From IMG/VR virus record IMGVR_UViG_2930578203_000001, positions 32,001-96,000 of that record: 64,000 nt of DNA, one strand, 5' to 3'. Under the pieces are notes generated by a model, which saw only the letters and a list, made by a program, of their open reading frames with translations, was not told the origin of the DNA and ran no database searches. Source of the DNA: a virus (taxonomy: Duplodnaviria > Caudoviricetes). Below are positions 18,664 through 27,995 of the stretch, one piece after another. How positions within the stretch are numbered: position 1 is the stretch's first letter; each line of letters begins with the position of its first letter. Both the position numbers and the translations under genes were made by a program.

Positions 18664-19681
18664 AGCACTTCTCCTTGCCAGACCAGGAACGACGGTCCAT
18701 TCAAGCACCGGAATCGAGTAGGAGCTGCCATGCAGATAGTTGTCGCTGGTCAGGGCTATGTAGGGCTTCCCCTGGCCGTACGCGCGGCCGAGGTGGGACA
18801 CCGTGTCGTCGGCTACGACGTGAACACGGACCGTGTCCAGCAGCTCACCGCCGGCCAGTCCTACGTGCGGGACGTGGACTCCTCACGGCTGCGCGCAGTG
18901 CTGGACTCCGGGGCCTACTCCGCGACCGCCGACGGTGCCGCGCTGGCCGGCTTCGACATCGCGGTGATCACCGTGCCGACCCCGCTGCGGGACGGCGTGC
19001 CCGACCTCACCTACATCGAGTCCTGCGCCCGGACACTGGGTGGGCACCTGTGCCCCGGCGCGACGGTGGTCCTGGAGTCCACGAGCTATCCCGGCACCAC
19101 CGAGGAGCTGCTGCTGCCGATCCTGGAAAAGACCTCGGGCCTCAAGGGCGGGGCGGACTTCCTGGCCGGCTTCAGCCCCGAGCGGATCGGAAACAAGCGG
19201 TGGTCGTTCGACAGGACGCCGAAGCTGGTGTCCGGAATCGACGCCAAATCGCTCGACGTGATCAAGAGCTTCTACGACGGCATCTTCGAGACCACGGTGC
19301 CGGTGTCAGGGCCGAAGGTCGCCGAGCTGGCCAAGCTGCTGGAGAACACCTTCCGGTTCGTCAACATCTCCATGATCAACGAGATGGCGATGCTGGCCGA
19401 TGCCCTAGGCGTGAACATCTGGGAGGCGATCGACGCCGCCGCGACCAAGCCGTTCGGATTCACGAAGTTCACCCCGGGGCCGGGGGTCGGCGGGCACTGC
19501 CTGCCCGTCGACCCGATGTTCCTCTCGTGGAAGGCCCAGCAGGAGCTTGGCATCCCGTTCCGGTTCGCGGAACTCGCCGCCGACGTGAACCGGCACATGC
19601 CTGACTACGTCGTCCGGCGCCTCGTGGAAGCACTCAACAAGCGAGGCATGCCGGTCAGCGGATCGCGGATTCTGCTGCTAG

Positions 19682-20551
19682 AGGTTGTCCCGTAACTGCT
19701 GGCCAGAGGTGAGATGATCTTGCCGTGGCTGGTGTGATCACGGCGTCGGAGCCCTCGTGGATAGGCCCGTTCACCGGGCTGAGCCCTCGGCAGTTCAACA
19801 AGCTGATCACCGCGCTGCGGCGTGAGGGGGCCGATCCGGTCCGCAAGGGCCGACCGTGGTCGCTGCCGTTGGAGGACCGGGTGCTGCTGGTGGCCGCGTA
19901 CTGGCGCACCAACCTCACCCTGCGTCAACTCGCCCCGCTGTTCGGCGTCTCGAAGTCGGCGGCCGACCGGATCGTCGCCCACCTTGGGCCGGCTCTCGCC
20001 CTCCAGCCCCGGCGGCGGTTCCGTAAGGAGGCCGTGCTCATCGTGGACGGCACGCTGGTCCCCACCCGCGACCGGACCGTGGCCGCCTCCAGCAAGAACT
20101 ACCGCTACTCCACCAACCACCAGGTCGTCATCGACGCCGACACCCGCCTCGTGGTGGCCGTCGGCAAGCCACTGCCCGGCAACCGCAACGACTGCCGGGC
20201 CTGGCAGGACTCCGGCGCGAAGGCCGCCGTCGGCACCACCCCCACGGTGATCGCCGACGGCGGCTACCGGGGCACCGGGCTGACCATCCCGCACTACCGT
20301 CGGCACAAGGACGAGGAACTGCCGACCTGGAAGGAGGAGCACAACGCCTCCCACCGCAAGGTGCGAGCCCGCGTCGAGCACACCTTCGCCCGCATGAAGA
20401 GCTGGAAGATCCTCCGCGACTGCCGCCTCAAGGGCGACGGCGTCCACCACGCCATGCTCGGCATCGCCCGCCTGCACAACCTCACCCTCACCGGATGACA
20501 GGCAAACAAGCAGGTCAGCCTGCATGCCTCAAATCATTTACGGGACAACCT
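19682..20551 (+). mobile_element. IS5-family insertion sequence, 870 bp, CTAG target duplication
   Basis: Terminal IRs AGGTTGTCCCGTAA (19682) and TTACGGGACAACCT (20538-20551), flanked by CTAG at 19678-19681 and 20552-20555. Confidence 0.93.
19725..20498 (+). CDS. IS5-family DDE transposase
   Basis: LIVDGTLVP, IADGGYRG, RARVEHTFARMK. Confidence 0.92.
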   Translation: MAGVITASEPSWIGPFTGLSPRQFNKLITALRREGADPVRKGRPWSLPLEDRVLLVAAYWRTNLTLRQLAPLFGVSKSAADRIVAHLGPALALQPRRRFRKEAVLIVDGTLVPTRDRTVAASSKNYRYSTNHQVVIDADTRLVVAVGKPLPGNRNDCRAWQDSGAKAAVGTTPTVIADGGYRGTGLTIPHYRRHKDEELPTWKEEHNASHRKVRARVEHTFARMKSWKILRDCRLKGDGVHHAMLGIARLHNLTLTG

Positions 20552-20902
20552 CTAGGCCTGACCTACAAGTTCAACGCCACCGACCTTCGCAATTCCCCGT
20601 CGGCACGTGTCGCCGAACTTCTCATCGGCCTCGGCGCCGATGTCTGCGGCGCCGAACCCAACATCCCGGACGGCAACGACACCGGGCTGAACGTGCCCCG
20701 AGTCCCTGCCACCCCGGAAGAAGTAGCCGCCGCTGATGCGGTGGTTCTTCTGATGGATCATCCGCGATTCGACCTCGCGATGATCGAGGAGCACGCGCCG
20801 TACGTGCTCGACTGCCGAAACCGCCTGTCCGGAGCGAACGTCGAGACCCTGTAGCTCCCGAACCCTCCTGGCCTGCTGCTGACTTCAACCCCCGGAGTTC
20901 CC

Positions 20903-22288
20903 TTGCGTGAAGAATGGGAGCACGTCCACACGGACTACGCCCGGCCCGCGCATCGCCCCGCTCCTGCCTCGTTGGCCGAGAGCGAGGGCGACTGGCGCCG
21001 CTACCTGGAAGGTGACACCCCGAACGGTTGGCTGATCCAGCACAGCGCGATGGCGGAAGCGCTCGCCAGCGGCCGGCCTATGTACCTGCTGCACACCACC
21101 AGGGACATCGCCGCGATTCGCACCAGCGGTGAGCTGCACGTCTCCACCGGGTGCCTGGTCGGGACCCTGTACTGCTCCCCTCTGGTACCTCAGCGTGAAG
21201 GAATGCGTCCGCACAATCTCGGCGCCTACCTGATGCAGACGAAGCCCGACACCACGCCCATGATCTTCGAGGTCATCCCGGACGCTCCGATCCCAACCAA
21301 GGGTGTGGATTATCTGCATCTCGGTGCCATCCACCTGCGTACCTACCTGCGCTACCGGAGCTTTCTCACCCGGGCCGAGAACGACCAGCTCGACCATGCG
21401 GTGCTGGCCGGACTGGGCTCCGCGGCCGGATTCCTCGACCTGGCCCTGCGCAACGCAGTCGGCCGCACCACGGCGGCCCCCGAGTTCATCGACCAGTTGG
21501 CCGCTGCCGTGCCCGCCGTACCGTTTCTCGGCTACCTGTACTTCGAGGTGCTGTCCGAGTACCTGATGCTCAACTCCACGACTCCGGAGACCAAGGGCTA
21601 CGCCAATGCCGGAGAGCTGAACAACTGGCTGTACAAGCGACTCGCGTTCGCCGCCGTGGACGGCATGCACCGGTTGTTCGACCTGGCCCGCTTTCATCCG
21701 CGCCACCAGCAGCTCGTCCAGCTCATCGCCGGCATGGAACCGGCGCTCGCTCCGGGAGTCGCCGAGTACGTGCGGCAGCGACTGTCCCATCTGTTCGCCC
21801 GGCTCGCGCTGCACCCGTCCCAGGACGCGGCCACGGTGACCTTCCAGGGCATTGATCTCAGCGCACTCCGGTACGTCGCGCCGGGACTGATCGGGCAGAT
21901 GATCTTTCGCGAGATCCGGTACATGCCGCGCTATCGGCAGCTCTACCACTGCTTCGAGAAGGCCAAGGCACTGGAGGCTTGGGACTACTGGAACCACGAG
22001 GGCATCCCCACACCCTTCAACGGCATCCTCCCCAAGGGCGAGATCGGGATACACCCCGTCTACCCCCGGTCGGCCGTCAGGGCGTGGACGGCAAAGCAGG
22101 ACAGCAGAGGCTTCCTGCACCCAGCCCAGGAGATCACCGCGGTTCTCACGCCCCACCTGGCGTCGTGGTGGGCGCCCCCTCGCAGCCGCGGACGGGTGAT
22201 CACCACTGATCCGCAGGTCACAGTGGACCGTAGTGCCCCGTCCTCGGTTCCCGCACACCGATCATCCATCGAGGGGATCTCCGCGTGA
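20903..22288 (+). CDS. Hypothetical 461-aa protein (possible ART-like fold)
   Basis: Long ORF with GC3 bias, coupled to GT4; fold assignment is speculative. Confidence 0.75.
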   Translation: MREEWEHVHTDYARPAHRPAPASLAESEGDWRRYLEGDTPNGWLIQHSAMAEALASGRPMYLLHTTRDIAAIRTSGELHVSTGCLVGTLYCSPLVPQREGMRPHNLGAYLMQTKPDTTPMIFEVIPDAPIPTKGVDYLHLGAIHLRTYLRYRSFLTRAENDQLDHAVLAGLGSAAGFLDLALRNAVGRTTAAPEFIDQLAAAVPAVPFLGYLYFEVLSEYLMLNSTTPETKGYANAGELNNWLYKRLAFAAVDGMHRLFDLARFHPRHQQLVQLIAGMEPALAPGVAEYVRQRLSHLFARLALHPSQDAATVTFQGIDLSALRYVAPGLIGQMIFREIRYMPRYRQLYHCFEKAKALEAWDYWNHEGIPTPFNGILPKGEIGIHPVYPRSAVRAWTAKQDSRGFLHPAQEITAVLTPHLASWWAPPRSRGRVITTDPQVTVDRSAPSSVPAHRSSIEGISA

Positions 22289-23451
22289 CCACGAAACCCT
22301 TGACGATCCTCACCGGCATCAACCGCACGTCCGAGCCTTCGTCCGGCAGCATGATCCTGGTCAGCGACCTCTACCGCGCCATGCCCGACACCCATACGAC
22401 CTTCCTTGGCCGGACACCGGTCCATCAGGTGTGGATGACCGCGTTCGATCACCTGATCCCCCTCTCCACGACGAAACGACCCCAGGGCCCCGGCTTCGAC
22501 ACCTACGTGGACGAGCTGACGCAAGAGGTAGGGACGCTCATCGAGCAGATCCGACCGGACGCCATCCACGCCCAGAACGTTGGGTTCGCCCTCAGCCTCG
22601 CGTTCAGTCGCACCGCCGGAACCATCCCGATCATCTCCATCGCTCACGGCCCCGAAGTGATGGCGGCCGAGCGCAACACGGCGGAACACGAGGCCGTGCT
22701 CGAAGTCGCCGGCGCCAGCGCCGCGATCGTCACCCCGACCTCCGTCCTCGCCGACCGCATCGACCGCCTCACCGGGCGCCGGTTTACCGACCGCATCGCC
22801 ATCATCCCGTGGGGCATCCGTCTGGCCGATGCCCATGTACGCGATCAGCCTTCCGCAGGGACCGGACCCCTGTCTCTGGTGCAAGCCGGTCGCCTGGACG
22901 ACAACAAATCCACGATCACCGCTATCGAATCCCTCGCATTCACCGATCAGCCGCACCACTTGACCGTGATCGGCAACGGACCCATACGGGAGCATCTGGA
23001 ACAGCGGGCTATCGACGCCGGCCTGCGGGATCGGGTCCATTTTCATCCGTTCCTGCCCCGCGCCGAACTGTGGCGCCGTCTGCCGAACTTCGACGCCTGG
23101 GTCTTCACAACCACGGGTCTGGAGGCTTTCGGGCTCGTCCTCATTGAGGCTCAAGCTCACGGACTCCCGGTTGTCTACTCCGATCTTCCCGGAGTGAGGG
23201 AAATCCTCGGAGGCGCTGGCATCGCCTACACTCCGGGCGACCCGCGCTCGCTGGCTGTGGCCCTAGACGAGATGGGCCGGGACTCCCACCAGCGCCGGGC
23301 CCTGAACAAGGCGGCTCTCGATAACGCGCGCCGATACGACATCACTACCACCGGCCGCCAGCTTCGCGAACTGACGCTCCGCGTTACTTCCCCACGGGGC
23401 AGTCATCGGTGGGGCCCGTGCACCAAGGGCCCCACCGATGTTGGGGTGTAA
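22285..23451 (+). CDS. Glycosyltransferase family 4 (GT-B)
   Basis: RPDAIHAQ, AGRLDDNK, EAFGLVLIEAQAHGLPVV. Confidence 0.88.
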   Translation: MTTKPLTILTGINRTSEPSSGSMILVSDLYRAMPDTHTTFLGRTPVHQVWMTAFDHLIPLSTTKRPQGPGFDTYVDELTQEVGTLIEQIRPDAIHAQNVGFALSLAFSRTAGTIPIISIAHGPEVMAAERNTAEHEAVLEVAGASAAIVTPTSVLADRIDRLTGRRFTDRIAIIPWGIRLADAHVRDQPSAGTGPLSLVQAGRLDDNKSTITAIESLAFTDQPHHLTVIGNGPIREHLEQRAIDAGLRDRVHFHPFLPRAELWRRLPNFDAWVFTTTGLEAFGLVLIEAQAHGLPVVYSDLPGVREILGGAGIAYTPGDPRSLAVALDEMGRDSHQRRALNKAALDNARRYDITTTGRQLRELTLRVTSPRGSHRWGPCTKGPTDVGV

Positions 23452-23527
23452 CAGAACGCGGTCGTTGACGTTCCTGCTGTGAAGGGGGTGGCGCTTTACG
23501 TCAACCCAGCATGGATCCGGAGGAACG

Positions 23528-24037
23528 GTGACGACCGCTATAGCTGCCCTTTCGTCCACGGCCGGCAGGTCGCACCTGCAGGAGTCTCTGTTCTCTTGGC
23601 TCGCCCCGGAGAGCACTCCGCCCATGCCCGATACCAAGGCCCTGGTGGATGCCGACCCGGAAGGCCCGCCCGAGCCCCCAGCCGAGGAGGAGAAGGCCGA
23701 CCTCTCCCATGTCTGGGTTGTGGCCGCGGAGATCGAGGTCATCCCGAAGATTGCGAAGGTGGCCGACTACCGCGGCAGCTTCAAGGCGACCGAGGGCCAG
23801 CGCATCGACGCGCTCGAGGTCTACTGCAAGGGATGCCGGCGCCCGTACGACGAGGTCACCGGCCAGGACTGCTCAGCGAAGATCGACAACCGGCACTTGA
23901 TCGGCGGAGACCAGAGCACCCGGGCTAAGCGGAAGATTCCCGTCCCGCCCCGAAACGCCCGGGTCGTGCCCGGCGGCCGTATCCAGCGCCGCGGTATCGA
24001 GGCTTACGTGGGAGGGGTGTCCCGGCCCCCGCGCTGA
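23528..24037 (+). CDS. Hypothetical phage protein (start uncertain, possibly 23624)
   Basis: H.W...EVYCKGCRRPY...C; directly upstream of the head module. Confidence 0.65.
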   Translation: MTTAIAALSSTAGRSHLQESLFSWLAPESTPPMPDTKALVDADPEGPPEPPAEEEKADLSHVWVVAAEIEVIPKIAKVADYRGSFKATEGQRIDALEVYCKGCRRPYDEVTGQDCSAKIDNRHLIGGDQSTRAKRKIPVPPRNARVVPGGRIQRRGIEAYVGGVSRPPR

Positions 24038-24040
24038 CCC

Positions 24041-24071
24041 CGCGACACTAACTCCGCCCGCTGTCCACTGT
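24041..24071 (+). promoter_or_regulatory. Putative late promoter CGCGAC-N19-CACTGT
   Basis: Member of a repeated motif; GTG lies 7 nt after the downstream box. Confidence 0.65.
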
Positions 24072-24078
24072 GCGCGGC

Positions 24079-24432
24079 GTGACTACTCAGCGAACCTCCT
24101 GGGCGCTCGCGCGTGAAGCCGCCGGCCTGTTCCTCACCGCGTTCGGCCTGCTCGGCGTCCTCGTGGCGTTGGGCGCACTCCACTGGGCCGCCGGACTCTC
24201 CACCGCGATGGCCGGCCTCCTCGCCACGGGCCTGCTCATGCGCCCGAAGCCGACCGCGGCACCCTGGGCGCACCTTGCCCGTGCCGCCGTCTGCATCCTC
24301 GGCTACGGCGGTCTCACCGGCTGCGCGTTCGCCCTCTGCACCCCCCTGGGCTGGATCGGCGTCTCCCTGGCGGTCGTGCTCCTCGGCCTGTGGCTCACCA
24401 CCCGTGAGCACGAGGACGAGGGGGCCCGCTGA
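24079..24432 (+). CDS. Small multi-TM membrane protein
   Basis: About four hydrophobic helices; stop overlaps the portal ATG. Confidence 0.7.
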   Translation: MTTQRTSWALAREAAGLFLTAFGLLGVLVALGALHWAAGLSTAMAGLLATGLLMRPKPTAAPWAHLARAAVCILGYGGLTGCAFALCTPLGWIGVSLAVVLLGLWLTTREHEDEGAR

Positions 24433-26891
24433 TGCCCCGCCAGTTCCTCCCCACGCTCCGGGGACTCCTCGTTCCGCGCTCCCCTGCTCCCCCACCCGCG
24501 CCAACCGCTGAGACCAAGGACCTGCTCGCGGGCAACGCCTACGTGTCGATGACGTACGCCGGCGTCACCAACGTGTGGGGCACGCCCGGCCGCGCGGACG
24601 GCTGGGACATGGAACGCGTCATCGTCGAGGGCTACGAACGCTCCATCTGGACCTTCAAGTCCATCGAGGCGATCAGTAAGCACGCCAGCACCCTCCCGAT
24701 CCAGATCGGCCGGGGCGGAGACGAACGGCGCTTCGAGGAGACCCTCGACGACCACCCACTGTTGAAGCTGCTCAACAAGAAGGCCAATCCGCTCGAGACC
24801 GGCGATGTCTTCAAGAAACGGCTGAGCGCACAGCTCCTTCTGTCGAAGAAGGGCGTCTTCATCGAGAAGACCTACAGCCGCGGCGGCAACCTCGTACGCC
24901 TCGACCTGCTTCCCCCTGACCGCGTCCAGATCATCCCGGACGACCGCAACGCCGACTACGTGAAGCACTTCGAGTTCACGGACTACAGCGGCCACGTCCG
25001 GGAACTGCTGCCCAAGCACGTCATCTGGATTCGCGACCCCCACCCTCTCGACCCCTTCTGCGGCGTCACCCCGCTTGAAGCGGCGGGCCTGTCCATCGAC
25101 CTGGACGTCAAGGCCCGCACCTACAACATCAGCTTTATTGACAATGACGGCAGACCGGGCGGAATCGTCGGTATCGACCTGGACGGAGTCGACCAGCGCG
25201 AAGTCGACCGCATCCAGAAGCGACTGGCGCCCGGCGCGCACAACGCTGGCCAGCTCACCCTCGTCGGCACCGGGCCCGGCGGAGTCACCTACGTCGACAC
25301 CTCCGCCCGCCCTCGCGAGATGGCCTACGAGACGCTGTCCGGCACCTCCAAGGGCGAGATCCTGGCCGCGTTCGGTGTCCCCGAAAGCATCGTCGGCAAC
25401 GCCTCCGAGCGGACCTACGCGAACGCTGACCGCGAGGAATACAACTTCTGGGACCACACGGAGCTGCCCCACCTCAACCTGATCGCCTCCGGGTTCGACC
25501 CGGACCTCGATGACGAGTGGATCGTCCGCTTCGACACCTCCAGTGTTCAGGCGTTGGAGTTCCCCCGCCGCCAGGCCCGCGAGGAAGCCCGCAAGGAGTG
25601 GGAAGCCGGCCTCATCACGATCGACGAGTACCGGGAGATCGCGGGTCGACCGGCATTCAACGTCCCACAGTCCCGGGCCCTTTGGATCTCTCCGCAGAAG
25701 GCCCCCGTACCCGCCAACGACCAGGACGCCGCCGCACTGGGCCTCGGTCCCGACCCGGCCGCGGGCGGAACACCCGGAGCCGCGCCCACCGGTGCCCCGC
25801 TCCCGCCGGGCACCGCTCCGGATACCGCGGCCGCCGACGTCGCCGCCGCCCGCGCTCTGGACGCTGGCCCGAGCGCCGCCGCGGATGTCGCCGCAGCGCG
25901 GGCGCAGGGCACGCCCCTCGCCCTGCCTGCCGGTTCGACGGCTACCGACGCCGTCGCCGCGGCCCGCGCCGCCACTACCGACAGCGGCCCCGGTGACGCG
26001 GCCGCCGACGTCGACCGCGCCCGCAGCACCCAGGACGCTGCACTCCCCGGCGACGACGCCGAGGACGTCGACGCCGCACGCGCCGCGGTCGAGACCAAGG
26101 CCCTGCCCGAGGACGACGGATACGAGGTCACTGACGACGACTTCGACGCTCTGTCCATGGCCGTGTCCGCGGCCGTCACCGCGCTCCTCGCACGCCAGGA
26201 AGGCGTCATACTCGCCCGGCTCCGCGCCCCGAAGATCCGCAAGTACACGAGGTACTGGGAGCCCGAGAACGACGACGACGTCCGGCACGTCGACGCCGAT
26301 CTCGACCAGGACCGTGTGGTCAGCGCCGCCCGCTGGGCCGAGGAGACCAGCCAATCCCTGACCCCGATCCTTCAGCAGGCGGCCATCGCCACGGCACGCA
26401 AGGTCGGCCAGGCCCTCACCGGCACGGACGAGGTCCCGCCGTCCGCGGCCGCGGCCGCCATCGTCACCGCGGCGTACGCCGGCGAGGCCATCACCGGATT
26501 CCTCACCGAACTCGCCACCGTCCTCCGCGACGCCCAGCACGACGCCGCTGATGTCGGCGACTTGGCGCACGCCGTCGTCAGGTACTACCACTCCGCAGAG
26601 CCTGTTCTGATCGCCCGCGTCGCCGAGACGTGCGCCGTGGCGACCATCAACGGCGCAGCGGACGCCGCGGCAGAGCACGCCGGTCCGCACGTCGTCCGGA
26701 CCTGGGTCACCCGCGCAGACAACCGAGTACGGCCCGCGCACAAGGCCCTCCAGGACAAGACGCTGCCGGTCGGCACCCCGTACACCATCGACGGCGCCAG
26801 CCTCCGCTACCCCGGCGACCCCTTCGCCCCGATCGCCCTCACGATCAACTGCCGCTGTCGCCTGCACTACGCCACCGACTCGAAGGAGTGA
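24432..26891 (+). CDS. Phage portal protein fused to a MuF (gpF)-like domain
   Basis: HK97-like portal motifs (HPLLKLLN, GVTPL, ILAAFGVP..IVG..TYAN, GLITIDEYR); C-terminal WVTRADNRVRPAH...LRYPGDP...INCRC. Confidence 0.9.
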   Translation: MPRQFLPTLRGLLVPRSPAPPPAPTAETKDLLAGNAYVSMTYAGVTNVWGTPGRADGWDMERVIVEGYERSIWTFKSIEAISKHASTLPIQIGRGGDERRFEETLDDHPLLKLLNKKANPLETGDVFKKRLSAQLLLSKKGVFIEKTYSRGGNLVRLDLLPPDRVQIIPDDRNADYVKHFEFTDYSGHVRELLPKHVIWIRDPHPLDPFCGVTPLEAAGLSIDLDVKARTYNISFIDNDGRPGGIVGIDLDGVDQREVDRIQKRLAPGAHNAGQLTLVGTGPGGVTYVDTSARPREMAYETLSGTSKGEILAAFGVPESIVGNASERTYANADREEYNFWDHTELPHLNLIASGFDPDLDDEWIVRFDTSSVQALEFPRRQAREEARKEWEAGLITIDEYREIAGRPAFNVPQSRALWISPQKAPVPANDQDAAALGLGPDPAAGGTPGAAPTGAPLPPGTAPDTAAADVAAARALDAGPSAAADVAAARAQGTPLALPAGSTATDAVAAARAATTDSGPGDAAADVDRARSTQDAALPGDDAEDVDAARAAVETKALPEDDGYEVTDDDFDALSMAVSAAVTALLARQEGVILARLRAPKIRKYTRYWEPENDDDVRHVDADLDQDRVVSAARWAEETSQSLTPILQQAAIATARKVGQALTGTDEVPPSAAAAAIVTAAYAGEAITGFLTELATVLRDAQHDAADVGDLAHAVVRYYHSAEPVLIARVAETCAVATINGAADAAAEHAGPHVVRTWVTRADNRVRPAHKALQDKTLPVGTPYTIDGASLRYPGDPFAPIALTINCRCRLHYATDSKE

Positions 26892-26896
26892 CCGCC

Positions 26897-27109
26897 ATGT
26901 GGGCAGCGATTTGGATCGCATGGACCGCCGCGTTTGCCGTGGCAGAGGGCATCGCCCTGGCCAATCGGCGCGACGAGGACACCCTGTCGGAGAACGTCCG
27001 TCGCCTGTTCCGTACCCGCACCAGCAGAGCTGGGAGAGCCGCCTTCGCCGTCGGTTGGTTCGGGTTCTCGGGCTGGTTCGCTCTCCACATCCTCACGGAG
27101 AACATGTGA
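26897..27109 (+). CDS. Small two-TM membrane protein
   Basis: AAGGAG RBS; MWAAIWIAW...DTLSENVR...WFALHI. Confidence 0.7.
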   Translation: MWAAIWIAWTAAFAVAEGIALANRRDEDTLSENVRRLFRTRTSRAGRAAFAVGWFGFSGWFALHILTENM

Positions 27110-27118
27110 GTGCGGCCG

Positions 27119-27895
27119 TTACGGGCGCTTCGGAACCAGTTCCTCGGGCAGCCCCAGGTCACGGCATGCCTCTCTGATCAGCTTCTTCATGGGATCGCCC
27201 TTCAGAAGGGGGCTCATCACGCTCGCTGCTTGAAGCAGGGGAACGGGCATCCAGCACAGATCGGCGAGCCGATCGGCAGGCGACTGCTCGTACAAGGTGA
27301 CCTTGTCGTCCTCGACTCCTGAAACGAACGCCGAGGCCGTGAGGTCGGTGGTGTGGGCGTACGAGGACAGGTTCCGGTAAACCGGGTACATCATCGCCGA
27401 TCCGTACGCCTTCACCATGTTGTCGAAGTTGGACAGCTCGCCGACGAGTCGCCCATGTCGCTTGCGTTCCTCCTCCGTGTTGAAGCCGAAGTCGGGCTTC
27501 TCCCCGAGATCGACGCTCTCCGGCAGCTGCCACCCCACACCTTCCAGGTTGGTCAGCAGCTTCTCGCGGGACTTGTACGACTCGGAGACCAATGCCTTGT
27601 AGGCATCGTCACCGTTGTCGGCCAACCAATTGATGGCATAGGCGTGCCCCACAAGGTTCCTCATCAAAGGCACTACCTCGACTGTGAAACCCTGGTCGTA
27701 GAGGGCGATCATGGCGTCTGCCGTTCGGTTGGTGAACCGCCACCACCCTGCGAGAACCGCAAATACGGACGTCGATGTCTCAGCCGACGCCAACTCCTGC
27801 ACGTGTAGGGCAGCCCCAGCCCCCGCTGTCAGTTTCGGCACAATCGCCCGGACTCGCTTCGCGGTCTTCTCATCGGCTCGATACGCAAAGGTCAT
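27119..27895 (-). CDS. DUF5677-like (HEPN-related) protein, antisense moron
   Basis: LMRNLVGHAYAINWL and YRNLSSYAH motifs; lower GC; opposite orientation to the head genes. Confidence 0.65.
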   Translation of the reverse strand: MTFAYRADEKTAKRVRAIVPKLTAGAGAALHVQELASAETSTSVFAVLAGWWRFTNRTADAMIALYDQGFTVEVVPLMRNLVGHAYAINWLADNGDDAYKALVSESYKSREKLLTNLEGVGWQLPESVDLGEKPDFGFNTEEERKRHGRLVGELSNFDNMVKAYGSAMMYPVYRNLSSYAHTTDLTASAFVSGVEDDKVTLYEQSPADRLADLCWMPVPLLQAASVMSPLLKGDPMKKLIREACRDLGLPEELVPKRP

Positions 27896-27957
27896 AGCGA
27901 GCGACGCTACGCCCCGCGGGAGCAGCACGGCAGCCGAATATGGCCAGGTCGCCGGGG

Positions 27958-27988
27958 CGCGACGCTAACCACCTGTGCTGTGCATGGT
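27958..27988 (+). promoter_or_regulatory. Putative late promoter CGCGAC-N19-CATGGT
   Basis: ATG at 27996 lies 7 nt downstream (leaderless arrangement). Confidence 0.65.
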
Positions 27989-27995
27989 CCGCGCC

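Larger units (their letters stand above)
18730..20854 (+). pseudogene. Nucleotide-sugar (UDP-GlcNAc/ManNAc-type) dehydrogenase interrupted by an IS
   Basis: GQGYVG, LESTSYPGTT, KLLENTFR, GVGGHC. Frame resumes after the IS (LLL|GLTYK...DLRNSP...LDCRN). Conserved SPERIDPGN is shortened to SPERIGN. Confidence 0.9.

Noticed and set aside
17734-18729. N-terminal half of the 653-aa ORF 17734-19695
   Set aside because: Antisense to the GT2 gene; the dehydrogenase starts at ATG 18730 after a GGAG RBS.
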